Shown here: piece after piece, positions 48,858 to 58,144 of the stretch
Numbering within the stretch: position 1 is the stretch's first letter
Layout: each line of letters begins with the position of its first letter
NCBI GenBank assembly: GCA_965208125.1
Contig: OZ242320.1
Location: forward strand, 3,936,001 to 4,000,000
Reading direction: 5' to 3'
DNA from: Candidatus Latescibacterota bacterium
GTDB lineage: Bacteria > Latescibacterota > UBA2968
DNA length: 64,000 nucleotides
The notes under the pieces: generated by a model
Seen by the model: the letters and a program-made list of their open reading frames with translations, nothing else
Told to the model about the DNA's origin: nothing
Databases searched by the model: none
Program-made: the position numbers and the translations under genes

Positions 48858-49084
48858 TTAAAATAGAAGAGATTCCATATAAATCCATATAAATTACTAA
48901 AGTTTGGGCAATAGCGTAATAAGCGACAGCTTTGGTATAAGTATTCGAGCTATGTTGCGGTATATATTGCGAGTTTTTGTTAAAAATAAAAACTCGCAGC
49001 ATAAATCTGGTGTCTCCTGCGCCATCTCAGATAGATGGCAACCAGTCCGAGAGTCCATTGAGTAGACGGATACTAGTGACGTGA

Positions 49085-49303
49085 GTTAGTGAACGTACAC
49101 CGCCGATTTTGTTTTTTTGAGAAAATTCAGTCCGAACGCTTGATACCATTCGAGAACGTATGAATGACCTTGGTGTGCCAAATGAGGCTCTAACACTTAC
49201 AGGTGGGATTCACGGTACGTGGAATTGGCTGCCGTGGTTTGATGTGACAATGATTCAGGTGGATCGGTTTTTGCAACGAACATGGAAGACAATAGAGAAA
49301 TGA
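49085..49303 (+). pseudogene. C-terminal remnant of an alpha/beta hydrolase
   Basis: VSERTPPILFF*ENSVRTLDTIRERMNDLGVPNEALTLTGGIHGTWNWLPWFD...; in-frame TGA at 49118-49120; final stop overlaps the next ATG (ATGA). Confidence 0.6.
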
Positions 49304-50415
49304 CTGATGGAACAGAGAAGCCACTAAGTGTAGCAATGAAACGGCATCGGTGTGATGATAGTGAGAATGAGTTATATACGCGTTTTCGTTATTCTCCTGT
49401 CGAAGGGCTTGGTTACGAGCCTGGTGTTGGGCGAAGAGATCCGAGTTCGATTATCAAGGTTGGCGATCTTTATTACGTCTGGTACACACATTGCACTGAT
49501 ACGAGATATAAATGGTTGAACGCAGACTTGTGGTATGCGACGAGTCCTGATGGGTATGTATGGACAGAGCTTGGTCCAGCCGTGGAGCGTGGTCCGGCAG
49601 GTGCCTGGGATGATTACAGTGTGTTTACATGTAATATTCTCGTCGCCGATGGCAGATACTATCTGGTTTATCAGGCCGAGACCATGCCCGAACGCGGTTT
49701 GGGTATCAACGTAGTGGGCATGGCAAAGGCAGACTCTCCGGATGGGCCGTGGGAGAAGTTGCCTGAGCCAGTCTTGGAAACCGCTCCTGATGGAAAATTT
49801 GAGGTGCCAGATCTCGATCAGGTGCATAAACGGAAAGTTATTAAAAAAGGGTCGTGGGATAGTGCTGCAGTTCACGATCCGGGGCTTTTGGTGCGCGATG
49901 GCAAGTACTGGCTATATTACAAAGGGCATGGAGTCGGAGATATCATGTTTGCCGATTCGAAGTGGGGCGTGGCGATTGCTGATCACCCTGAGGGCCCTTA
50001 TGAGAAACATCCGCTGAATCCAATTACAAATAGCGGGCACGAGGTCTGGGTTTGGCCCTGGAAAACAGGTGTGGCTGCAATGGTTGATTGGGCGGGTCCT
50101 GAGAAGGGATCAATTCAATACGCGGAGGATGGCTTGAACTTTGAGGTGATGGCAACGCTGGAAGATATTCCACCTGCAGGAGGGGCTTATATTCCCGATA
50201 AATTTACGGATACAAAAGATGGCAAGGGGTTTAGCTGGGGGCTGTGTCATTACGGACGGTCCGACTGGAATTTTCTGGTGCGCTTCGATTGTGATCTGGA
50301 AAGAGGACGGGAAAAACAGCTTGCCTGGTCTTATTTCCAGCACTACAGCACGATCCGCGATGTGATGATTAATCCAGAAAGGTTCAATGTGCCACCAGAG
50401 GCGTTGCTGGGATGA
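49300..50415 (+). CDS. GH117-like five-bladed propeller glycosidase
   Basis: LSVAMKR (SxAxxR), RRDPS, YYVWYT, WDDYSVFT, VHDP, NSGHEV, RFDCDL; no signal peptide. Confidence 0.8.
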   Translation: MTDGTEKPLSVAMKRHRCDDSENELYTRFRYSPVEGLGYEPGVGRRDPSSIIKVGDLYYVWYTHCTDTRYKWLNADLWYATSPDGYVWTELGPAVERGPAGAWDDYSVFTCNILVADGRYYLVYQAETMPERGLGINVVGMAKADSPDGPWEKLPEPVLETAPDGKFEVPDLDQVHKRKVIKKGSWDSAAVHDPGLLVRDGKYWLYYKGHGVGDIMFADSKWGVAIADHPEGPYEKHPLNPITNSGHEVWVWPWKTGVAAMVDWAGPEKGSIQYAEDGLNFEVMATLEDIPPAGGAYIPDKFTDTKDGKGFSWGLCHYGRSDWNFLVRFDCDLERGREKQLAWSYFQHYSTIRDVMINPERFNVPPEALLG

Positions 50416-50445
50416 TAGAATTTTGAAGCTGTAATTTATGATGAT

Positions 50446-51555
50446 ATGAGCGAAATCGTTAAGATAAGAACGCGGCTGTTCGAAGTGCCATTGGCGGAGG
50501 TGCTGGTCGATGCCAAGCATGGCGACCATAGTCACTTCGAGTTGATTACCGTGACGATAACACTGAAGGATGGGTACGAGGGAACCGGGTACACTTATAC
50601 CGGTGGTCGCGGTGGCAGGTCGATTAAAGCCATGATTGACGCGGACCTGGCTCCCAGGTTGATTGGCAGGGAAGGCACGGATGTGGAAGAGATCAACGAT
50701 TGGTGCGAATGGTATATCCATTACGTCGGTCGTGGCGGGGTTTCGTCATTTGCGATATCGGCGATCGACATCGCTCTTTGGGATATCCGCTGCAAACGCA
50801 AGGACCTGCCTTTGTGGAAAGTTTCGGGTGGGGCGGGTGCGAGTTGCAAAGCCTATGGTGGAGGTATTGATCTGAATTTTCCTCTCCCGAAACTCCTCGA
50901 TAACATCCGTCGCTATCTCAATAAGGGTTTCAATGGGGTCAAGATCAAGGTTGGGCAACCCACTCTGGATGAGGATGTAGATCGGGTCCGGGCAGTTCGA
51001 AAGCTTATTGGTCCCGATATTGCTTTCATGGTTGATGCAAACTACTCGATGAGTGTCCAGTACGCTATTGAGGCGGCTAACCGATTTAAGGCGTTCGATA
51101 TCCTGTGGTTTGAGGAACCCACGCTTCCAGATGACTATCTGGGTTATGCCGAGATTGCCGATGCTACGGGCGTGCCTCTATCGATGGGCGAGAACCTCCA
51201 TACGATACATGAATTTGGCTACGCTTTTGAACAGGCTAAGCTCTCGTATATTTTGCCAGATGCTTCCAATTGTATGGGGATTACCGGGTGGCTGAAGGTT
51301 GCCGAATTGTCGCGTGAGTATGAGATTCCAATATGCTCTCACGGCATGCAGGAGTTGCACGTCAGTCTGGTTTCTGCGCAACCCAATGCAGGTTGGATGG
51401 AATACCATAGCTTTCCAATTGACGAGTACACGAAGCGTCCGTTGAAGATCGAAAACCACCGGGCGATTGCGCCTGATGATCCAGGAATCGGCGTAGAATT
51501 TGATTGGTCCAAACTCGAACCTTATGGCGTCTCCGATTTGGTATTCGGCGAATAA
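50446..51555 (+). CDS. Mandelate racemase/enolase family, 3,6-anhydro-L-galactonate cycloisomerase-like
   Basis: [52 protein letters not shown]; resembles the Vibrio agar-pathway enzyme as I recall it. Confidence 0.75.
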   Translation: MSEIVKIRTRLFEVPLAEVLVDAKHGDHSHFELITVTITLKDGYEGTGYTYTGGRGGRSIKAMIDADLAPRLIGREGTDVEEINDWCEWYIHYVGRGGVSSFAISAIDIALWDIRCKRKDLPLWKVSGGAGASCKAYGGGIDLNFPLPKLLDNIRRYLNKGFNGVKIKVGQPTLDEDVDRVRAVRKLIGPDIAFMVDANYSMSVQYAIEAANRFKAFDILWFEEPTLPDDYLGYAEIADATGVPLSMGENLHTIHEFGYAFEQAKLSYILPDASNCMGITGWLKVAELSREYEIPICSHGMQELHVSLVSAQPNAGWMEYHSFPIDEYTKRPLKIENHRAIAPDDPGIGVEFDWSKLEPYGVSDLVFGE

Positions 51556-51645
51556 TGCCGGTTGCCATACGCGCCAGGACTGAGGATGTTGCTCAACTCG
51601 GCGAACTACGCGAAGATCCGTAACATCTCTACGATAATCCAGCAT
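51551..51645 (-). pseudogene. 5' remnant of a paralog of the BNR gene at 53483-54598
   Basis: MLDYRRDVTDLRVVRRVEQHPQSWRVWQP versus MQNYRGDVTDLRVVRRVEQHPQAWRVWQP; DNA is a direct repeat of 54500-54595. Confidence 0.88.
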
Positions 51646-51755
51646 TATCTATCTACTTGACCTGAAGGCATCCTCTTTCTTGACATAGTAAGATAAATAG
51701 TATAGATTTCTGACATCAATATCAAGAGATATTTGAATGTGAGGAATGTAGTCCA

Positions 51756-52373
51756 ATGACCGGAATCGCCGACAAGATCATGCAGAGGGTGTCCGTCCAC
51801 GATAGCGGAAGATGGGTGTGTACGCCGAAGGATTTCCTGGACCTCGGCAGCCGCGAGGCCGTTGACCAGGCCCTGTCGCGTCTCGTCAAGGCGGGACGGC
51901 TGCGCCGGGTGGGCCATGGCCTGTACGACAGGCCGAGGATCAGCAATGTGCTGAATCGGCCTGCGCCCGTCGATCTGGATGCGGCCATCACAGCACTGGC
52001 ACGGCGAGATGGCGTGCGGATCATGCCGGATGGATTGGTGGCTGCGAATCAATTAGGTCTCACCAACGCCGTGCCCGCGAAGGTCAGCTATGTGACGGAT
52101 GGACATTCCAGGACCCTCAAGATTGACGGAAGAACTGTCCGGTTCCGGCACGCGGGTCCAAGCGTCATGCGGTGGGCGGGAAGACCCGCAGCGCCAGTGG
52201 TTCAGGCGCTGCGGTGGCTGGGGCCCCGCGTAGCCGCGGACGGAGAGATCGTCTCGACGCTGAGTCGCCATCTTCCCGACGACGTGAAGCTCGATCTGTT
52301 GCACAACAGCCGCGATCTTCCCGGCTGGGCATTGCCGCTGGCGCGCAGCATCGCGAGCGACCTGATCGACTAA
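51756..52373 (+). CDS. AbiEi/DUF6088-type antitoxin (type IV TA), orphan
   Basis: TPKDFLDLGSREAVDQALSRLVKAGRLRRVGHGLY wHTH, AANQLGLTNAVP, YVTDG; visibly higher GC than neighbours. Confidence 0.85.
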   Translation: MTGIADKIMQRVSVHDSGRWVCTPKDFLDLGSREAVDQALSRLVKAGRLRRVGHGLYDRPRISNVLNRPAPVDLDAAITALARRDGVRIMPDGLVAANQLGLTNAVPAKVSYVTDGHSRTLKIDGRTVRFRHAGPSVMRWAGRPAAPVVQALRWLGPRVAADGEIVSTLSRHLPDDVKLDLLHNSRDLPGWALPLARSIASDLID

Positions 52374-52396
52374 AGAGGGTTTACAAGGAGAACAAT

Positions 52397-53416
52397 ATGA
52401 CATCTATCAGGCTTGGTGTTGTTGGTCTTGGTCTTGGTCAATGGATAGTAGAAACTGCGAAGAAAATCGAGGGTGCCCACGTTGTCGCAGCAGCTGAGAA
52501 TATGCCCGCTCGATTGGACGGTATGGGGGGTTATAGAGCTTATGAGAAGGAAAATGATCTCAGGCTTTACGAAGATGCAGACCAGATGATGGATAGCGAA
52601 TCGTTGGATGCGATCGCACTTGCGGTGACGCCCAAACATCGCAGGGCGCTGATCGAATCGGCTGGCAACAGGGGCATTCCAATGCTGATCGAGAAGCCCT
52701 GGGCAGGGACTGTCAAAAGTGGAAGAGAGTTGGTTGACTTGTGCAACAGTTTTGATTTGCCCTGTCAGGTCGAATTTCCGATCCGTTGTATGCCTGCAAT
52801 GGTGCGGTTGCGAGAACTCCTGAAAGGCCCTCTCGGAAAAGGGTGGATGGCGAATGGCAATCTGATGATGGGCTGGTGCCCTCCTCCAGAATCAACAAAA
52901 CACTGGGATCCGGAAAACCACAATGGGCTTATCAACGAGTGCTATGTACATCTTTTCGACACGCTGGCATTTTTACTGGGCAAGCCCAAATCCGTATTCT
53001 CATTTGGGGGATCTTTCAGAGGTAGCCCAATGCCGGATGCGGCCGCAGCAGTCATTGAGTTTGAATCTGGGGCCTCCGCTTCGCTGACTTGTGGTGGCAT
53101 TGGTGCTGCTTGTGCTGATGGCGGACATCTTCTGGATATTTGGACAGAGAACGGATTGGCACGCATAACTGGCACGCAATGGCTACCAGATACGCTGGAA
53201 TGGGCTTTGAGGGAGGCCAAAGAATCTACAGTTGAGACGTTTCACGCGCCTGAGCGAACGACCCTGATGGAGTACAATATGCGTGCATTTTTCAACGCGG
53301 TTCGAAGTGGTGCCCCCGTAGCTGCAACACCGGAAGACGGACTGATTGCAACAGCCATCGCGATGGCCATTCAGGAATCTATTGTTACGGGGAATCGCGT
53401 TGCGGTGGACTGTTAG
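52397..53416 (+). CDS. Gfo/Idh/MocA family oxidoreductase
   Basis: AAGGAG RBS, GVVGLGLG, IEKPW, ECYVHLFD. Confidence 0.85.
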   Translation: MTSIRLGVVGLGLGQWIVETAKKIEGAHVVAAAENMPARLDGMGGYRAYEKENDLRLYEDADQMMDSESLDAIALAVTPKHRRALIESAGNRGIPMLIEKPWAGTVKSGRELVDLCNSFDLPCQVEFPIRCMPAMVRLRELLKGPLGKGWMANGNLMMGWCPPPESTKHWDPENHNGLINECYVHLFDTLAFLLGKPKSVFSFGGSFRGSPMPDAAAAVIEFESGASASLTCGGIGAACADGGHLLDIWTENGLARITGTQWLPDTLEWALREAKESTVETFHAPERTTLMEYNMRAFFNAVRSGAPVAATPEDGLIATAIAMAIQESIVTGNRVAVDC

Positions 53417-53482
53417 ACAAACAGGCAAACTATTGGAATTCAACGCTATGCCCTCAACCCGGGTTTGATTCCCTAACGCGAA

Positions 53483-54598
53483 TCATGATGAAATTCGCAA
53501 CTTGCCGAAATGAATATGCGTGCGCGCCGTATCTGGTGTGCCGCTGTCCCACACGCAACGGAAGTCACCCGGTGCAGTTTCAATAAGTGTGGGATAAGAG
53601 TTCTTAATCCCGGCATCGTAGAAGGTTTTCTCTTCGCTCCAGGTGTCTCCGGGATTTTTTGTTTTGTACCGCAGAGAGGTCCGACCTCCGTTGGGAAATC
53701 CCGGTGCTTTTACTCTTTGGGGAGGACCATCGCTGTACACATAGATATGCGTGCCATTTGAGGACCGGCCAAAGAAAGCCTTTGATTTGGCGTTGTGCAG
53801 GTCGGGTTCGGGTTTGGCGACACTCCAGGTACGGCCACCGTCACGGCTCACGCTCGAATAGGCTCTGGGCGGGTCCATCGTGCGATCGGTTTCGTCGTAA
53901 TCGGCCGTTCGCATGACAATCCATAGTTCCTCTGGTGTTTCTCCCTGCGCGATATTTCCCTCATGTAGGAAAACACGCGCATTGGTGGGTTGGGGAATAT
54001 ATGCTTCGAGTTTCCACTCCAGCAGGCTGGTACTGCTGAGGACGAAGTGGTCACGCGAACCCCGTGGGTCTTCCTGCAGCGTGTTGCGGTGGGCTGGCAG
54101 GAGATACTTGTGTACTGAGTCGGTCTCCGTGGTCACGATGGTTGAGCACGTGATGAGCGGCCCTGCATAATGCATCGCCATTTCCACCTGTGTCCAGGAA
54201 TAACCGCCATCTGCGGTGAATGCACCGACCAGTTGAGATTCTTCGCTGTTCTTCTGGGCTATCGGGCAGCGCATCGCAAAGCACCAGATTACGTCCTGTC
54301 CGGGAGCGCGGTAAAGGACTGGGTTCGCGTAGGCAAACTGCACCATACCCTGACGCTGACGATGATCGAAGATCATCACGGGTTCCTCCCAGGTTTCCCC
54401 GTCGTCGGTTGAGAGCGTCGCGAGAATATCTCCCATGTCTTTCTTGCCGTTGACCATCGCTCCGAAGGCCACAATGAGATGCCTTTTCTTGTGTCCCGGA
54501 ATAATGACCGGTTGCCACACGCGCCAGGCCTGCGGATGCTGCTCAACTCGGCGAACTACGCGCAAATCTGTAACATCTCCACGATAATTCTGCATCAT
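53483..54598 (-). CDS. BNR-repeat sialidase-like protein
   Basis: Asp-boxes STDDGETW, TADGGYSW, SRDGGRTW; NSYPTL. Confidence 0.78.
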   Translation of the reverse strand: MMQNYRGDVTDLRVVRRVEQHPQAWRVWQPVIIPGHKKRHLIVAFGAMVNGKKDMGDILATLSTDDGETWEEPVMIFDHRQRQGMVQFAYANPVLYRAPGQDVIWCFAMRCPIAQKNSEESQLVGAFTADGGYSWTQVEMAMHYAGPLITCSTIVTTETDSVHKYLLPAHRNTLQEDPRGSRDHFVLSSTSLLEWKLEAYIPQPTNARVFLHEGNIAQGETPEELWIVMRTADYDETDRTMDPPRAYSSVSRDGGRTWSVAKPEPDLHNAKSKAFFGRSSNGTHIYVYSDGPPQRVKAPGFPNGGRTSLRYKTKNPGDTWSEEKTFYDAGIKNSYPTLIETAPGDFRCVWDSGTPDTARTHIHFGKLRISS

Positions 54599-54617
54599 TC
54601 ATCTCCTTTATCCGCGT

Positions 54618-54713
54618 TCAAATCCCAGGTTCGGTATCCGCAGGACAATCCTCAAAAGCGGCTTCCAGTTCATCGGGAAACATGCGTTCCCAGCGGACTT
54701 CTCTGCGTTCCAG
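54618..54713 (-). pseudogene. Internally deleted creatininase-family remnant
   Basis: After an AAGGAG RBS: (L)ERREVRWERMFPDELEAAFEDCP then ADTEPGI*, resembling creatininase-family N-termini; CTG sits where the start codon is expected. Confidence 0.5.
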
Positions 54714-54918
54714 GGTTCTGGCTCCTTGTATTGAATGGAGAATAAGGTAAAAGGCCGGATGAAATTTAGGCTATAAATAAAAAAAGGCTACGATTATTCT
54801 CATACATCCGCAAGTACAACAAAAACACTTGACAACGACTGCCGAAAACGCCTTTTTACCAGCCATCCATACGCAAGAAATGTCCCTTGTAGTTCCTACA
54901 CTTAGAGGAGATTAGAAG

Positions 54919-55935
54919 ATGGACGACGCGATGCGTGAAACGTTCGCACGACAAGGCTATGTCGTCGTGCCCGATGTGCTCAATCAACAGCAGTTGGACG
55001 AGCTCAATCAAGTCTATGATCAGCATATCTTTGAGCGGGAGGAGACGCAGTTCACGGATGGCACCGACAAACAGAAGCGCAAAAGCATCCGGGGGCGCGA
55101 CACACGCCAGACAACGGATCGGCACGGCAACACCTACGTAGGGAGAAGGCTCTGGAGCAAGGCCTACAGGGACCTTATCGATAACGAGACCATGCTGCCC
55201 ATCCTTGAAGAGCTTCTCGGCGACCCGTCGTGGGGCCATGCCCCAGCACATATGCCGGCAGAGCTTCGCCCCTTGTTCCGGTTAGATCACGACAATATAC
55301 ATTACAAACCCGGCCGGAAACCGACAGATGGCGCAGACATAGGCGGGACACTTCACGGCGGCCCGGGTGCCTTTCATATCACATGTGTGTATGAGCTCAA
55401 GACAGTCGGACCAGCTGACGGGGGCTTCGGGTGTGTTGTTGGCACACACAAGCCGACCAATGAGCAGAAACTGCTGGACATCGACGGCGACTGGCGGCGG
55501 AACTGGTGCGACACGAAATGGACGTCGCAACTATCAAACTGGGATCAGGATGTGCCGGTGCACCGCATCGAGGCGAAGGCTGGGGACTGCATTTTGTTCA
55601 GTGAGAAGCTCAAACATGGTACGATTCCGTGGGCAGGGAGCGGCGAGCGCCGCACCCTTTTCTACAAGTATGTTCCTTTCGGCATGCACCACGGCGATGT
55701 CGCGTACGACACCAACGACCCGGAACTGACTGAGCGGCAGAAACGGATCCTGGAGTTCTCGCCGTGCTGGTTTAACGATCCCCGTGAGGACAAAGACTAC
55801 TCTGCGAACCCGGCGCTTACACAGCTCCATCCGTTGGCGTGTGTGGAGAGCGACCCAAGTGTGTTGCTGCCGGGCATGTCGCCGCCGCACATCCGGCTGA
55901 CGGACGAGACCAGGGCAATGCTGGGTGCCAACTGA
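54919..55935 (+). CDS. PhyH-fold Fe(II)/2OG enzyme with H-G-G motif (copy 1)
   Basis: FARQGYVVVPDVL, FRLDH, LHGG, GGFGCVVGTHK, AGDCILFSEKLKHGT, ERRTLFYKY. Confidence 0.85.
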   Translation: MDDAMRETFARQGYVVVPDVLNQQQLDELNQVYDQHIFEREETQFTDGTDKQKRKSIRGRDTRQTTDRHGNTYVGRRLWSKAYRDLIDNETMLPILEELLGDPSWGHAPAHMPAELRPLFRLDHDNIHYKPGRKPTDGADIGGTLHGGPGAFHITCVYELKTVGPADGGFGCVVGTHKPTNEQKLLDIDGDWRRNWCDTKWTSQLSNWDQDVPVHRIEAKAGDCILFSEKLKHGTIPWAGSGERRTLFYKYVPFGMHHGDVAYDTNDPELTERQKRILEFSPCWFNDPREDKDYSANPALTQLHPLACVESDPSVLLPGMSPPHIRLTDETRAMLGAN

Positions 55936-55948
55936 AGATTCGAAATTT

Positions 55949-55979
55949 TAGGCTGTGAGGGACTTCTCACAGCCTTTTT
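55949..55979 (+). terminator. Intrinsic terminator
   Basis: AGGCTGTGAG-ggactt-CTCACAGCCT followed by TTTT. Confidence 0.8.
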
Positions 55980-56043
55980 GTTTCGAAACCGTGGGTATTC
56001 AATTTGAATGCCTGCGGTTTTTTGGTTTAAAGGAGTGTGTAAA

Positions 56044-56934
56044 ATGAATAAGATGCACGAGTCAAATCATACGAAATGGAATGCAGCTGCACCACGGTGG
56101 AAGGCACGCAGAGACTCAAAAGGCCCTTGGCATCGCGGTCATCTGGTACCAGAGCGGATTGAAAAAGCACTCGAATATTGGAGGGAGAATGCATTGACTG
56201 AGCAGGGAGTTGAGCACATCGCTCAACATCTTGGATCCTTGGAGGGAAAAAACGCGGTTGTCTTGGGCAGTGGGGACAACTTCGCCGCCTTCGCCTTGGC
56301 ATCAATGGGGGCAACAGTCACGTCAGTCGATATTTCCGAGCGACAATTGGAAATCGCCGCCGAAAGGGCAAAGGACCTTGGCCTTGAAATCACCTTCCAC
56401 CAGGGCGACATTTCGGACCTCCCGACGTTGCCCGACGGAGGATATCACTTCGCGTGTAGCGTAGGCGTTGTGGCCATCTGGATTTCGGATCTCTGGCAAT
56501 ACTACGCAGAGGCAAGTCGGTTGCTGACCCCAGGTGGACTGTTTGTGGTAGGCGAGGTTCATCCAGTGCGGCAAATGTGGAGCAACTGTGAATACTTTAT
56601 AGGTGAAGATGCGATGGTTGGCAAAGAGGGGGGCAATACTCCCGAAGCAGACTTCTTTTACTTCGATCGTGGGCCTCACCAATACTTGTATAACCCGGAG
56701 ACAGGAGCGGCGACAGAATTTGTGGATCCTGAAGACGAAGAGACCAGGGATGCCGAGAATGTTCAGTACATTTTTCAGTGGACTGTTTCTGACTACCTGA
56801 TGGCGATGATTGATGCTGGATTTGAGATCCTTCACGTTTGGGAAGAGCCGACCAAAAATCATGATCGATGGCGTCAGAATTGTTTTCACGCTCTGCCCAA
56901 CGGATTCTATATGGTCTGTAAGAAGAAGCAATAA
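56044..56934 (+). CDS. Class I SAM-dependent methyltransferase
   Basis: VVLGSGDN motif I, SVDISERQL, QGDISDL, LLTPGGLF, EVHP. Confidence 0.88.
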   Translation: MNKMHESNHTKWNAAAPRWKARRDSKGPWHRGHLVPERIEKALEYWRENALTEQGVEHIAQHLGSLEGKNAVVLGSGDNFAAFALASMGATVTSVDISERQLEIAAERAKDLGLEITFHQGDISDLPTLPDGGYHFACSVGVVAIWISDLWQYYAEASRLLTPGGLFVVGEVHPVRQMWSNCEYFIGEDAMVGKEGGNTPEADFFYFDRGPHQYLYNPETGAATEFVDPEDEETRDAENVQYIFQWTVSDYLMAMIDAGFEILHVWEEPTKNHDRWRQNCFHALPNGFYMVCKKKQ

Positions 56935-57039
56935 GTACGACAAAAGCACTTGACAACGACTGCCGAAAACACCTTCTTACCAGCCATCCATGCGCAAGAA
57001 ATGTCCCTTGTAGTTCCTACACTTAGAGGAGATTAGAAG

Positions 57040-58056
57040 ATGGACGACGCGATGCGTGAAACGTTCGCACGACAAGGCTATGTCGTCGTGCCCGATGTGC
57101 TCAATCAACAGCAGTTGGACGAGCTCAATCAAGTCTATGATCAGTATATCTTTGAGCGGGAGGAGACGCTGTCCACGGCCCGCACCGACAAACAGAACCG
57201 CTTCTACATCGGCGGGCGCGACACACGCCAGACAACGGATCGGTACGGCAACACCTACGTAGGGAGAAGGCTCTGGAGCAAGGCCTACAGGGACCTTATC
57301 GACAACGAGACCATGCTGCCCATCCTTGAAGAGCTTCTCGGCGACCCGTCGTGGGGCCATGCCCCAGCACATATGCCGGAAGATCTTCGTCCCTTGTTCC
57401 GATTAGATCACGACAATATACACTACAAGCCCGGCCGGAAACCGACAGATGGCGCGGACAAAGGCGGGACACTCCACGGCAGCCCGAGCAGCTTTCATAT
57501 CACGTGTGTGTATGAGCTCAAGACAGTCGGACCAGATGACGGGGGCTTCGGGTGTGTTGCTGGCACACACAAGCCGGCCAATGAGCAGAAACTGACGGAC
57601 ATCGACGGCGACTGGCGGCGGAACTGGTGCGACACGGAGTGGACGTCGCAGCTGCCGAACTGGGATGACGATGTGCCGGTACACCGCGTTGAGGCGAAGG
57701 CTGGGGACTGCATTTTGTTCAGTGAGAAGCTCAAACACGGTACGATTCCGTGGGCAGGGAGCGGCGAGCGCCGCACCCTTTTCTACAAGTATGTTCCTTT
57801 CGGCATGCACCACGGCGACGCCGCGTACGACACCAACGACCCCGAACTCACTGAGCGGCAGAAACGGATCCTGGAGTTTTCGCCGTGCTGGTTTAACGAT
57901 CCCCGTGAGGACAAAGACTATTCCGCGAACCCTGCGCTTACACAGCTCCATCCGCTGGCGTGTGTGGAGAGCGACCCGGGTGTGTTGCTGCCGGGCATGT
58001 CGCCGCCGCACATTCGGCTGACGGACGAGACCAGGACAATGCTGAGTGCCGGCTAG
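57040..58056 (+). CDS. PhyH-fold Fe(II)/2OG enzyme with H-G-S motif (copy 2)
   Basis: 338 aa paralog of copy 1; LHGSPSS replaces LHGGPGA. Confidence 0.85.
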   Translation: MDDAMRETFARQGYVVVPDVLNQQQLDELNQVYDQYIFEREETLSTARTDKQNRFYIGGRDTRQTTDRYGNTYVGRRLWSKAYRDLIDNETMLPILEELLGDPSWGHAPAHMPEDLRPLFRLDHDNIHYKPGRKPTDGADKGGTLHGSPSSFHITCVYELKTVGPDDGGFGCVAGTHKPANEQKLTDIDGDWRRNWCDTEWTSQLPNWDDDVPVHRVEAKAGDCILFSEKLKHGTIPWAGSGERRTLFYKYVPFGMHHGDAAYDTNDPELTERQKRILEFSPCWFNDPREDKDYSANPALTQLHPLACVESDPGVLLPGMSPPHIRLTDETRTMLSAG

Positions 58057-58084
58057 AACTTTTTGGCCAAATGATAGCGAAAAT

Positions 58085-58123
58085 AGAAAAATGCCGTGAG
58101 ATTTTTTCTCACGGCGTTTTCTT
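58085..58123 (+). terminator. Terminator hairpin, repeated at about 61475-61513
   Basis: AGAAAAATGCCGTGAGA-ttttt-TCTCACGGCGTTTTCT. Confidence 0.75.
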
Positions 58124-58144
58124 GTAGAGAAAGGAGTTGTGTCG

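Larger units (their letters stand above)
54812..58056 (+). repeat. Direct duplication of a 1124-bp promoter+gene unit (54812-55935 and 56933-58056)
   Basis: Near-identical upstream region and CDS at a constant offset of 2121 nt. Confidence 0.97.

Noticed and set aside
49118-49120. In-frame TGA as selenocysteine or recoding
   Set aside because: The frame lacks its N-terminal part, the position is not a redox site, and TGA is a normal stop elsewhere in the window. A nonsense mutation is simpler.
54812-58056. Diversity-generating retroelement template/variable repeat pair
   Set aside because: Mismatches involve G, C and T as well as A, both copies are full genes with promoters, and there is no reverse transcriptase in the window.
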